Origin: Staphylococcus virus IME1354_01
Strand: one strand, 5' to 3'
Sequence record: KY653126.1
Length of the DNA: 42,706 nt
Shown: in pieces, positions 7,666 to 15,490 of the stretch
Layout: the number at the start of each line of letters is the position of its first letter
Position numbering within the stretch: position 1 is the first letter of the stretch
Notes under the pieces: generated by a model
Told to the model about the DNA's origin: nothing
Database searches by the model: none
Seen by the model: only the letters and a program-made list of their open reading frames with translations
Program-made: the position numbers and the translations under genes

Positions 7666-8356
7666 GATTGATAAAACTGCAGGTAATTACTTTATAGCTA
7701 GTAAATACTATGTAGAAGATGAAAATATTTCGTGGAAAGCCAAAGGGATTATGAGTTATCTATTTTCCAAACCTGATGATTGGCAGATTTACCAAACGCA
7801 ATTAGAGAAAGTATCTAAAGATGGCAAGGCTAGTGTTCGGTCAACTATTAATGAATTGATTGATAATGGTTATATGACTAGACAAAGCCGACGTAAAAGT
7901 AATGGCGATTTCGATGGATATGATTACACGCTACATGAACACCCAGTAAATGATGGGGTTCGAAAAATGGAAGACGCGAAAATGGAAGACGCGAAAATGG
8001 TAATCGCGAAATCGGACACTACTAATAATAACTCAACTAATAATGATTTAACTAATAATGATATAAACACTAGCGCAACTAAAGTTACGCAAGAACAATT
8101 CGACCAATGGTGGAATTTATATGATAAGAAACTAGATAAGAAGAAAGCATTTAGTTTATTTAAATCAGCATTAAAAAAATATGAGTTTGAAACCATTATG
8201 AACGGGACTAAAAATTATCTAAAAACAATTACTGATAAACAATATCAAAAATATCCTAAAACATTCTTATCACAAGAAAGTTTCTTGAATGATTACGGAA
8301 ATGAAGTAAAAACATCTGAAGAAAGTTATTTAGATAAATTGATGGAGGAGGGATAA
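7652..8356 (+). CDS. Replication initiator / replisome organizer-like protein, contains an internal iteron array
   Basis: The N-terminal domain is winged-helix-like. Fifteen-bp tandem repeats and an AT-rich stretch lie inside the coding sequence. The gene precedes the DnaB-like helicase. Confidence 0.55.
   Translation: MGIIRIDKTAGNYFIASKYYVEDENISWKAKGIMSYLFSKPDDWQIYQTQLEKVSKDGKASVRSTINELIDNGYMTRQSRRKSNGDFDGYDYTLHEHPVNDGVRKMEDAKMEDAKMVIAKSDTTNNNSTNNDLTNNDINTSATKVTQEQFDQWWNLYDKKLDKKKAFSLFKSALKKYEFETIMNGTKNYLKTITDKQYQKYPKTFLSQESFLNDYGNEVKTSEESYLDKLMEEG
7961..8015 (+). repeat. Iteron-like 15-bp tandem repeats (GCGAAAATGGAAGAC x about 3.5), putative phage origin
   Basis: The array reads cgaaaaatggaagac gcgaaaatggaagac gcgaaaatggtaatc gcgaaatcgg. 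It is followed at 8018-8070 by AT-rich ACTAATAATGA repeats. Confidence 0.55.
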
Positions 8357-8359
8357 CAA

Positions 8360-8725
8360 TTGCCAATGACTAAAAAAGAAGCAATAACCATACTGAAACT
8401 ATTAGAAGATGTATATGATATGGGGTTCAATAAAAATGAAAGTAAAGCTAAGACTTGGATGAATTTCCTAGTAGAAGATGGAGACTATGAGCCTTCGTTA
8501 CAAACAGCTAAAAGATATATTAAAGATGGTAATACCTTCCCTCCTAAATTACCACACATCTTAAAAAAATATCCTAAAACAGTTAAAGAGGAACCTATTG
8601 ACGAAAAGACTGCAAAACATCGTTGGAAAATGCAAAATGACCCAGAATATGTAGCACGTCGTAAAAAAATACTAGATGATTTTAAAAAGAAGTTAAATGA
8701 GTTTGAGGTGAACAACAATGAATGA
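8360..8725 (+). CDS. Hypothetical 121-aa protein in the replication module
   Basis: The ORF lies between the organizer and the helicase, with a TTG start at 8360 or an ATG at 8366. Confidence 0.5.
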   Translation: MPMTKKEAITILKLLEDVYDMGFNKNESKAKTWMNFLVEDGDYEPSLQTAKRYIKDGNTFPPKLPHILKKYPKTVKEEPIDEKTAKHRWKMQNDPEYVARRKKILDDFKKKLNEFEVNNNE

Positions 8726-9953
8726 ACGCCATGAGATAGAAAGCACCATTGTTGCTAGTCTTTTACAAAAACCAGATTTAATCGAAAAACTACGTGTTAA
8801 ACCTAAAATGTTTACGCATGATGGTATGAAGTCCTTTATGGAGTATGTGTTTGATGTAGGTAAAGTGGACCACAACGAAATATATTTAAAGACTACTAAA
8901 GACAAATCATTTTTAGATATGAATACCATTTCGAATTTGTATAATTCAATATTTATCGGCTACGGATTCTTTGAAAGATACCAACAAGATTTACTCAATC
9001 TATATCAAATAGATCAGACGCAAAATGTATTACAAGAATTCAATTCGGAACCAAACATAAACAATTTCGATGAGATGCTTAACAAACTACAAAAAGTCAG
9101 CTTGATTAGTGCAAATGAAGAAAGTGGAACGAAGAAAATTGTAGATCACTTTGTTGAAGAATTATACAGCGAAGAACCTAAGAAACAAATTAATACAGGT
9201 TACAAATTGATGGATTACAAAATAGGAGGTTTAGAGCCTACACAGTTGATTGTGATTGCTGCAAGGCCTTCAGTCGGAAAGACAGGATTTGCGCTTAATA
9301 TGATGCTTAATATTGCCTCACAAGGATATAAAACATCGTTCTTTAGCTTAGAAACTACAGGTGTATCTGTATTAAAAAGAATGTTATCAGCAGAAACTGG
9401 AATAGAACTAACACGTATTAAAGAAATTAAAGATTTAGAGCCAGATGAACTAACACGTTTAACAAGTGCTGCAGATAAAATACTCAAACTTGATATAGAT
9501 ATACACGATAAAAGCAATATCACTACACACGATGTACGTAAACAAGCGATGAAAAACAAAGATACCCAACAAGTTATATTCATCGACTACCTACAACTTA
9601 TGGAAACAGACAACAAGTTAGATCGTCGTAATGGTATTGAAAAAATATCAAGAGACTTAAAGATTATCGCTAACGAAACAGGCGCAATTATCGTCTTACT
9701 TTCACAGTTAAGTCGTGGAGTTGAAAGTAGAAACGACAAACGTCCTATGTTATCTGATATGAAAGAAGCAGGCGGAATAGAAGCAGACGCTAGTTTAGCA
9801 ATGTTGTTATATCGAGATGACTATTATAACCGTGATGACGTTGATAACTCAGGAAAATCAATTGTTGAATGTAATATCGCAAAGAATAAAGACGGGGAAA
9901 CGGGCATTATCGAATTTGAATACTACAAGAAAACGCAAAGGTTTTTCACATGA
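8718..9953 (+). CDS. DnaB-like replicative DNA helicase
   Basis: The C-terminal RecA-like domain has Walker A (ARPSVGKTGFALNMM) and DnaB-type motifs (IDYLQLM, LSQLSRGVESR). Confidence 0.9.
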   Translation: MNERHEIESTIVASLLQKPDLIEKLRVKPKMFTHDGMKSFMEYVFDVGKVDHNEIYLKTTKDKSFLDMNTISNLYNSIFIGYGFFERYQQDLLNLYQIDQTQNVLQEFNSEPNINNFDEMLNKLQKVSLISANEESGTKKIVDHFVEELYSEEPKKQINTGYKLMDYKIGGLEPTQLIVIAARPSVGKTGFALNMMLNIASQGYKTSFFSLETTGVSVLKRMLSAETGIELTRIKEIKDLEPDELTRLTSAADKILKLDIDIHDKSNITTHDVRKQAMKNKDTQQVIFIDYLQLMETDNKLDRRNGIEKISRDLKIIANETGAIIVLLSQLSRGVESRNDKRPMLSDMKEAGGIEADASLAMLLYRDDYYNRDDVDNSGKSIVECNIAKNKDGETGIIEFEYYKKTQRFFT

Positions 9954-10156
9954 CTATAAAACAATTCCAACAATTACTCGGACACCTATACAGAGACACA
10001 TACAAAGACGACACGCTCATTCAAGCTAATTTACTTGAGTTAGGTTGGGCAACTGAAAGATTGCGTGTGAATGGTCGCATAACGCCGTTTGATATGTATG
10101 AAGAAAAGAAGGACATTATTTTTGAAGAAATGGAGTGGTCGGATAGATGGAAATAA
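9950..10156 (+). CDS. Hypothetical 68-aa protein
   Basis: The ORF is coupled to the helicase stop through an ATGA overlap. Confidence 0.5.
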   Translation: MTIKQFQQLLGHLYRDTYKDDTLIQANLLELGWATERLRVNGRITPFDMYEEKKDIIFEEMEWSDRWK

Positions 10157-10371
10157 TTGAAAAGTATTTTCTTTATAGACCAGATGGAACAGAAGAAATA
10201 GAAGTAGAGAAACTTGATAAAGATACGAATATAGTTAGAACGCTCACAGGCGCTCATTTTAGCGAAGAAAGTAAAAAGATGACTGATAATGAGGTAAAAC
10301 GTTTTAAAGGCGTGTACGGGCTTCTATATGAGAATGAGCTAGGGTTACAAACAACAATATTTGATATATAG
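10147..10371 (+). CDS. Hypothetical 74-aa protein
   Basis: Its 3' end (…FDI stop) lies inside the 20-bp junction repeat. Confidence 0.5.
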   Translation: MEIIEKYFLYRPDGTEEIEVEKLDKDTNIVRTLTGAHFSEESKKMTDNEVKRFKGVYGLLYENELGLQTTIFDI

Positions 10372-10377
10372 GAGTGA
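10358..10377 (+). repeat. 20-bp junction direct repeat tatttgatatataggagtga (copy 1)
   Basis: An exact copy is at 11151-11170. It spans the FDI-stop of the upstream gene and the RBS of the downstream gene. Confidence 0.8.
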
Positions 10378-10381
10378 ACCA

Positions 10382-11164
10382 ATGGAACTGAATAAAATTT
10401 ACAACGAAGATTGTTTGATAGGTATGGAAAAAATTAAGGACAAGTCGGTAGATATGATTTTATGCGATTTACCATATGGAATGACAGATTGTAAGTGGGA
10501 CTCGATACTACCTTTAGATAAGCTATGGAAGCAGTACGAAAGAGTGATAAAGGATAATGGCGCTATAGTTCTAACAGCAGCACAACCGTTCACAACTCAC
10601 CTCATTGCTTCAAACATGAAACTTTTCAAATACACTTGGTATTGGATTAAAAATAGACCCAGTGGTTGGCAACATGCAAAGAATAAACCAATGACCAAAG
10701 TTGAAGAAGTATGTGTTTTTAGTAAAGCACCAATAGGGCATTTTTCACGACTAGGGGATAGAAGAATGGAGTATTACCCACAAGGTATTAAACCATCTGG
10801 CAAGAAAACCATAAGTGCTGCAAAACGCGGGAACATTATGGGGGCGAGACCTAATCAGACAGGAAAAGAATATGAGTCATTCACAGGTTTTCCGCATAAC
10901 ATACTAGAAATACAAAACGTCATCGGCAAACAAACAGTACATCCTACTCAAAAACCTGTTGAGCTATTCGAATACCTAATCAAAACATACACAAATGAGG
11001 GCGATACAGTATTAGATAATTGCATAGGGAGTGGAACAACCGCAATAGCTGCAATTAACACTAATAGAAATTATATAGGCTTTGAGTTAGACAAAGAATA
11101 TTTCGAATTAGCGAAAGACCGAATAAAAAAACACAATAAGCAGATGGAATTATTTGATATATAG
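10382..11164 (+). CDS. Orphan DNA methyltransferase, N6-adenine/N4-cytosine beta-class (N6_N4_Mtase-type)
   Basis: Motif IV DLPYG precedes HPTQKP and motif I (VLDNCIGSGTTAIAA). I take the ATG at 10382 after GGAGTGA as the start. The track begins at a TTG at 10361. Confidence 0.85.
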   Translation: MELNKIYNEDCLIGMEKIKDKSVDMILCDLPYGMTDCKWDSILPLDKLWKQYERVIKDNGAIVLTAAQPFTTHLIASNMKLFKYTWYWIKNRPSGWQHAKNKPMTKVEEVCVFSKAPIGHFSRLGDRRMEYYPQGIKPSGKKTISAAKRGNIMGARPNQTGKEYESFTGFPHNILEIQNVIGKQTVHPTQKPVELFEYLIKTYTNEGDTVLDNCIGSGTTAIAAINTNRNYIGFELDKEYFELAKDRIKKHNKQMELFDI

Positions 11165-11170
11165 GAGTGA
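11151..11170 (+). repeat. 20-bp junction direct repeat tatttgatatataggagtga (copy 2)
   Basis: It is an exact match to 10358-10377 and bounds the 3' end of the methyltransferase cassette. Confidence 0.8.
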
Positions 11171-11174
11171 CGGA

Positions 11175-11576
11175 ATGAGCAAATACAATGCAAAAAAAAT
11201 TGAGTACAAAGGAATTGTATTCGATAGCACGGTAGAGTGTGAATATTACCAATATTTAGAAAGTAGATTGCATGTAGATGGTTATGACCATATTCAAGTA
11301 CAACCTAGATTTGAGTTAATACCAAAAGTGGGCAAGCAAAGAAAAACGGAATATGTGGGAGATTTCGCACTGTATTTTGAAACTAAACTTATCGAAGTTA
11401 TAGATGTTAAAGGTATGCCTACAGAAACAGCTAAATTGAAAGCAAAGTTATTCAGATATAAATACCCAGATGTAAAGCTAACGTGGATATGTAAAGCTCC
11501 TAAATACACAGGTAAGCAATGGATAACTTACGAAGATTTAATTAAAGCTAGACGAGAACGCAAGAAAGCGAAGTGA
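11175..11576 (+). CDS. Conserved phage protein (DUF1064-like)
   Basis: The segment YKGIVFDSTVECEYYQYLE...VGDFALY matches a common staphylococcal-phage early protein. The ATG at 11175 follows GGAGTGA. Confidence 0.5.
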   Translation: MSKYNAKKIEYKGIVFDSTVECEYYQYLESRLHVDGYDHIQVQPRFELIPKVGKQRKTEYVGDFALYFETKLIEVIDVKGMPTETAKLKAKLFRYKYPDVKLTWICKAPKYTGKQWITYEDLIKARRERKKAK

Positions 11577-11581
11577 TCTAA

Positions 11582-11770
11582 ATGAATGAAGAAACAGCAA
11601 CAATTCGATATAAAGTCTACGTTGAGAAGCGAGTGTATGTTAATCACGATGACGATGATAATACTGCCGCTGATAAGATACACAATCAGATGTGGACGAA
11701 TAAAGAAGATTACATGGACGCAAAACCATTAGAGTTTGACGACGTAAAAATTATAGATAGGGGTTATTGA
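11582..11770 (+). CDS. Hypothetical 62-aa protein
   Basis: This is a tightly packed ORF on the early strand. Confidence 0.45.
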   Translation: MNEETATIRYKVYVEKRVYVNHDDDDNTAADKIHNQMWTNKEDYMDAKPLEFDDVKIIDRGY

Positions 11771-11771
11771 G

Positions 11772-12125
11772 ATGGTTAAAACAATTAGAGTGCACGACGC
11801 AATATATGAAATCAAAGGCGAGAACTACGAGCTAGCAGAGAAGTTGGATATATCAGATGGTTTATTAAGAGGTCGACTGTTGAAAGGCTGGTCGTTAGCA
11901 GAAGCATGCCAGGTACCTAAAGGTATTGACCCTAAAGATTTAGTTTATATCAATTATGCCAAACAGTATGAAGCAGATAACACACAAGCGAAGATTAATT
12001 ACAGAGAAGAAAAGCATAAGGAAGAACGTCCTTGGTTATACGATGGAACACCACAAAACCATGACAGAGGTAAGTGGTGCCAGTATTTAATGAATACAAG
12101 TATTTTTCCTAAGGCGGTGCATTAG
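11772..12125 (+). CDS. Hypothetical 117-aa protein
   Basis: This is a tightly packed ORF on the early strand. Confidence 0.5.
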   Translation: MVKTIRVHDAIYEIKGENYELAEKLDISDGLLRGRLLKGWSLAEACQVPKGIDPKDLVYINYAKQYEADNTQAKINYREEKHKEERPWLYDGTPQNHDRGKWCQYLMNTSIFPKAVH

Positions 12126-13100
12126 ATGAAAATCAGTGATTTAAAAATAGGTAACTACGTTGTTGTGAATGACTTAGGTGCAGGTAAGTATAGCAGTGGT
12201 ATGCGTGTGATAGGTAGAGTGGTTGAGATTGACGATAAAGGAAACTATGCGATTATCGAATCGCTACCTAAACACAGATATGAAATCACAGACTTCAACG
12301 ACTTTGAGTTGTGGACGAAAGAGATGGAAGATAAGACTGAGAGTATGAGTAAAGTAAAAATAAAAGATTTGAATTTAGGTGACACAATCCGGATACCACA
12401 CGGAATAATGTATTTAGAAGGTAAAGTGGTTTCCATAAGTGATGTGTTTGCGACAGTGCACTTTCCTTCAGTAGGACATAAAGCTATAGGTGATGAGTCG
12501 GATTTTAAAAGAATTAGAAAAGCAAGAAAATCATTGGACCCTAATAAATGGTTAGAGAAAGCTATTGAGGAAAATAAGGAAAATTCAAAATCAGTTTTAG
12601 AAGCAGGTTTAGGGGTTAGTAAACCGACTACTGACCATAAACAATCCAACGACGTACAACAACGTAAGCGTAAGGAAGAAAACACGGCGTTATTTAAAAT
12701 TAAGGATTTAAAAGTCGGTTACAAAGTCAAAATGCTAGATGATGATATGACAGGTGAAATTTCTGAAATAGCCGATAATGGTAAGTATGCTGAAATAAAA
12801 ATAGATAATGGCGTGTATAGAGGTATCAACGATAATTGTGATTTCACAATAACAGAGTGGAATTCAGTGCCAGAGTATGCAGAGGACACAGTTAACAGTC
12901 CTTCACATTATAACTACGGTGATATAGAAGTGATAAATTTCATAGAGCAGGTAACTCAACATTACAACGCTAACGTAGCTTATCACATTGGGAATGCTAT
13001 TAAGTATCTTGCACGCAGTCCTCATAAGAACGGTAAAGAGGACGTAGCTAAAGCTAAATGGTATATCGAACGTGCGTTTGAGAATTGGGATGTGAAGTAG
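12126..13100 (+). CDS. 324-aa protein with three tandem N-terminal KIKDL-type repeats and a conserved C-terminal phage domain (DUF3310-like)
   Basis: The three repeat units begin MKISDLKIGNYVVV, KVKIKDLNLGDTIRI and LFKIKDLKVGYKVKM. The C-terminal region reads SPSHYNYGDIEVINFIEQ...NAIKYLARSPHKNGKEDVAKAKWYIERA. Confidence 0.55.
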   Translation: MKISDLKIGNYVVVNDLGAGKYSSGMRVIGRVVEIDDKGNYAIIESLPKHRYEITDFNDFELWTKEMEDKTESMSKVKIKDLNLGDTIRIPHGIMYLEGKVVSISDVFATVHFPSVGHKAIGDESDFKRIRKARKSLDPNKWLEKAIEENKENSKSVLEAGLGVSKPTTDHKQSNDVQQRKRKEENTALFKIKDLKVGYKVKMLDDDMTGEISEIADNGKYAEIKIDNGVYRGINDNCDFTITEWNSVPEYAEDTVNSPSHYNYGDIEVINFIEQVTQHYNANVAYHIGNAIKYLARSPHKNGKEDVAKAKWYIERAFENWDVK

Positions 13101-13529
13101 ATGGACGTACATTATAGTAGCAAATCTAATGAGTGGGCTACACCTCAGTATTTATTTGATGAATTAGATAGAGAATTTAGTTTTACATTGGATCCATGCG
13201 CTACAGATGGAAACGCTAAATGTGATAAATACTACACAATTAAAGATGATGGTTTAAAACAAGATTGGTCAAATGATGTAGTGTTTATGAACCCTCCGTA
13301 TGGACGAGGTATTAAACATTGGATTAAGAAAGCATATGAAGAACATATGAAAGGTGCAACGGTTGTTTGTTTAATTCCTTCAAGAACAGACACAACTTAT
13401 TGGCATGACTATATTTTCGGAAAAGCAAGTGACATTCGTTTTCTAAGAGGGCGTTTGAAGTTTGGTGATAGTAAAAACAGTGCGCCGTTTCCTAGTGCAA
13501 TTGTTGTATATGAAAGTGAGATACGTTAA
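13101..13529 (+). CDS. Orphan DNA N6-adenine methyltransferase, phage Dam family
   Basis: WATPQYLFDELDREFSFTLDPCA, the NPPYG motif and FLRGRLKFGD...APFPSAIVVYES match the phage Dam family along the whole length. Confidence 0.8.
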   Translation: MDVHYSSKSNEWATPQYLFDELDREFSFTLDPCATDGNAKCDKYYTIKDDGLKQDWSNDVVFMNPPYGRGIKHWIKKAYEEHMKGATVVCLIPSRTDTTYWHDYIFGKASDIRFLRGRLKFGDSKNSAPFPSAIVVYESEIR

Positions 13530-13735
13530 TGAAGCTATCTGACGCTATCAAAGTTAAATACAAACTCGATACTAAAGGCAGAAATACTGTCGAAATGGCA
13601 AAGCTACTAAGAGATTGTGGAGTTAAAGGATTCTTATACTCGATTAATCCACGTAGCATTGTCATGGCAGTGTTGCCAGAGGATAAAGCACATAACAGGA
13701 AAGTATTAAATGAATTGAAAGGGCTGGTGGAGTAG
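13529..13735 (+). CDS. Hypothetical 68-aa protein
   Basis: The ORF is coupled to the upstream gene through an ATGA overlap. Confidence 0.45.
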   Translation: MKLSDAIKVKYKLDTKGRNTVEMAKLLRDCGVKGFLYSINPRSIVMAVLPEDKAHNRKVLNELKGLVE

Positions 13736-14125
13736 ATGATTAAGTTTAGAGCGTGGGATAAAGAAGAAAAAGAATGGTTAAGTATTAGAACAATAGGATT
13801 TGATGATGATGGCTCACTTTGGTATTTACAAGCTTGGGATGATAATGAAAACGACATAGACCCACCATATTTAGAAGATGATTTAGGAGTGAAATGGGAG
13901 CTTCTCCAATCCACGGGGCTTAAAGATAAACATGGTGTGGAGATATACGATAAAGATATTGTAAGAGATTCCTATGGAGATATTCTCTTAATTGAGTGGT
14001 TAGACGGTAGCTTTGTACTAACTGACTTTTTCAGTGGTGGATATGACCATTGCAGTATAGATGATTCAGAAGCATATGAAATTGTTGGTAATCAATTTGA
14101 ACACCCACATTTACTAGAGGAGTGA
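13736..14125 (+). CDS. YopX-family protein
   Basis: The start MIKFRAWDKEEKEW and the segment GLKDKHGVEIYDKDIV are typical of YopX. Confidence 0.7.
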   Translation: MIKFRAWDKEEKEWLSIRTIGFDDDGSLWYLQAWDDNENDIDPPYLEDDLGVKWELLQSTGLKDKHGVEIYDKDIVRDSYGDILLIEWLDGSFVLTDFFSGGYDHCSIDDSEAYEIVGNQFEHPHLLEE

Positions 14126-14136
14126 TGGCGAGTGAG
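14117..14136 (+). repeat. 20-bp junction direct repeat gaggagtgatggcgagtgag (copy 1)
   Basis: An exact copy is at 14918-14937. In both copies the upstream gene ends with an EE codon pair and the stop, and the downstream gene starts at a GTG 15 nt into the repeat. Confidence 0.8.
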
Positions 14137-14440
14137 AATAGAATGTAACGGCGATAGAGTATCGATGTCTAAAAATGAATATAACCAAGTAATGAATGAA
14201 CTCAATCAGATTAAAAAACAACGCGACACATGCCTTGAAGATATTGAGAAGTTGCGAAATAAGTTAGAAGGTGCCGAAACATACATTGACGCAATTAAAA
14301 CTTATTATCCTATGTATAAAAGTTTACGTAAACGTTACACCACCCTAACCGACCACATACGTTTGAAAGCAGAAATGAATCCAGGGGTAAGTCGTTATAT
14401 AGATTTGGTTAATTACATTGATAGATTGGAGCGAAGATAA
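14132..14440 (+). CDS. Hypothetical 102-aa coiled-coil protein
   Basis: The gene has a GTG start inside the junction repeat. Confidence 0.5.
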   Translation: MRIECNGDRVSMSKNEYNQVMNELNQIKKQRDTCLEDIEKLRNKLEGAETYIDAIKTYYPMYKSLRKRYTTLTDHIRLKAEMNPGVSRYIDLVNYIDRLERR

Positions 14441-14583
14441 TGCCCAAATCAAAATACTACTCAACTAAACAAATCAGAGAAATCATAAATAGTTATCAAA
14501 TATATGAACCACATATTCATAAAGAGGTGTTAGAGAGATTGAAACAAGAGTTTGGATACAAGGAGGACAACAACAATGATTAA
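14440..14583 (+). CDS. Small 47-aa ORF (not in track)
   Basis: Its ATG overlaps the upstream TAA, and it ends just inside the next gene (MPKSKYYSTKQIREIINSYQIYEPHIHKEVLERLKQEFGYKEDNNND). Confidence 0.3.
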   Translation: MPKSKYYSTKQIREIINSYQIYEPHIHKEVLERLKQEFGYKEDNNND

Positions 14584-14926
14584 AGAACAATTATATACAT
14601 TCAAAGCAAACTGCTACAACGTTGTAGATGGGGACACAATAGACGTGATATTAGATTTCGGTTTCGATATTTCTGCAGATAGAAGATTACGTTTATTAGA
14701 TGTTGATACGCCTGAACGAGGACAAGAGAATTACACAGAGGCTACTGAGTTTGTGAAAGATAAAGTGTTTAATCACGATGTGCTGGTGCAGACACACAAA
14801 GATGACAATTTTGGTCGTTACTTAGCAAATGTTTATTACCTAGATGGCACAGAATATAGACTGCTTAATGATGAGATTAAAGAGAATGGACTATTAAAAC
14901 CAAATTCTAAATGGAATGAGGAGTGA
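14576..14926 (+). CDS. Staphylococcal-nuclease (SNase/thermonuclease)-like fold protein, short
   Basis: It contains VVDGDTIDV...RLRLLDVDTPER (compare the SNase DGDT...RLLLVDTPE). The ATG at 14576 follows AGGAGG. The track begins at a TTG at 14552. Confidence 0.55.
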   Translation: MIKEQLYTFKANCYNVVDGDTIDVILDFGFDISADRRLRLLDVDTPERGQENYTEATEFVKDKVFNHDVLVQTHKDDNFGRYLANVYYLDGTEYRLLNDEIKENGLLKPNSKWNEE

Positions 14927-14937
14927 TGGCGAGTGAG
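14918..14937 (+). repeat. 20-bp junction direct repeat gaggagtgatggcgagtgag (copy 2)
   Basis: It is an exact match to 14117-14136. Confidence 0.8.
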
Positions 14938-15208
14938 CGATTATTACGAAAGACAAAGTCAATATTGGTTTGATGAATGCGCGAAATTTATTAAAGAACT
15001 CAACCAATACAAACAAGCATATCAGCACTGTGTGGATGATTTAATCGTACTACGTGCGAATAATAAACGGTTGGAACGGGAGAACGCAGAACAACTCGAA
15101 TTACTGAAACAGTTTAGAAAGCTTATAGATTATAAATTAACACTGCATCAAGGCAGTTCGATGTATAGAGAGTATCGAAGTAAGTTAGATCAGTTGGGGG
15201 TTAAGTAG
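14933..15208 (+). CDS. Hypothetical 91-aa coiled-coil protein
   Basis: The gene has a GTG start inside the junction repeat. Confidence 0.5.
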   Translation: MSDYYERQSQYWFDECAKFIKELNQYKQAYQHCVDDLIVLRANNKRLERENAEQLELLKQFRKLIDYKLTLHQGSSMYREYRSKLDQLGVK

Positions 15209-15439
15209 ATGGCGTATGAGTATGAAAGTGATGTAATAAGCGAGTTAGAACAAATGGGCGCGGATTATCAAAGCAATGAATATTTCAATATGTCTATTGA
15301 AGTTGAAGAAGTCTATCGCAAAGCAAAGGCGTATGAAAAATTAGTTGAATTATATCCACAAAAAGATGAAATACCAAGCGATGAATTTTTTATGATGATG
15401 GGATATATCATTAAGGAACTCACAGACGATGAAAGATAG
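15209..15439 (+). CDS. Hypothetical acidic 76-aa protein
   Basis: The ORF starts with a TAGATG junction. Confidence 0.45.
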   Translation: MAYEYESDVISELEQMGADYQSNEYFNMSIEVEEVYRKAKAYEKLVELYPQKDEIPSDEFFMMMGYIIKELTDDER

Positions 15440-15490
15440 AGAAAAATGGCAGAAATTAAAAGATGAAATATATGTTTGGAGGACAAATAA

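Noticed and set aside
9817-10029. 70-aa plus-strand ORF overlapping the helicase 3' end and the next gene. The same judgement applies to 35821-36057 inside the tail fibre gene.
   Set aside because: They are out-of-frame overlaps with strongly supported genes and have no independent start signals.
10361-10381. TTG-initiated N-terminal extensions in the ORF track, giving MIYRS… at 10361 and 11154 and similar TTG or GTG extensions at 14552, 2957 and 17375
   Set aside because: In each case an in-frame ATG or GTG with a well-spaced Shine-Dalgarno lies a few codons downstream. The identical MIYRS peptides are simply translation of the 20-bp junction repeat.
14125-14148. 7-codon ATG ORF (MASENRM) inside the junction repeat
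   Set aside because: It is too short, and the real downstream gene starts at the GTG at 14132 in another frame.
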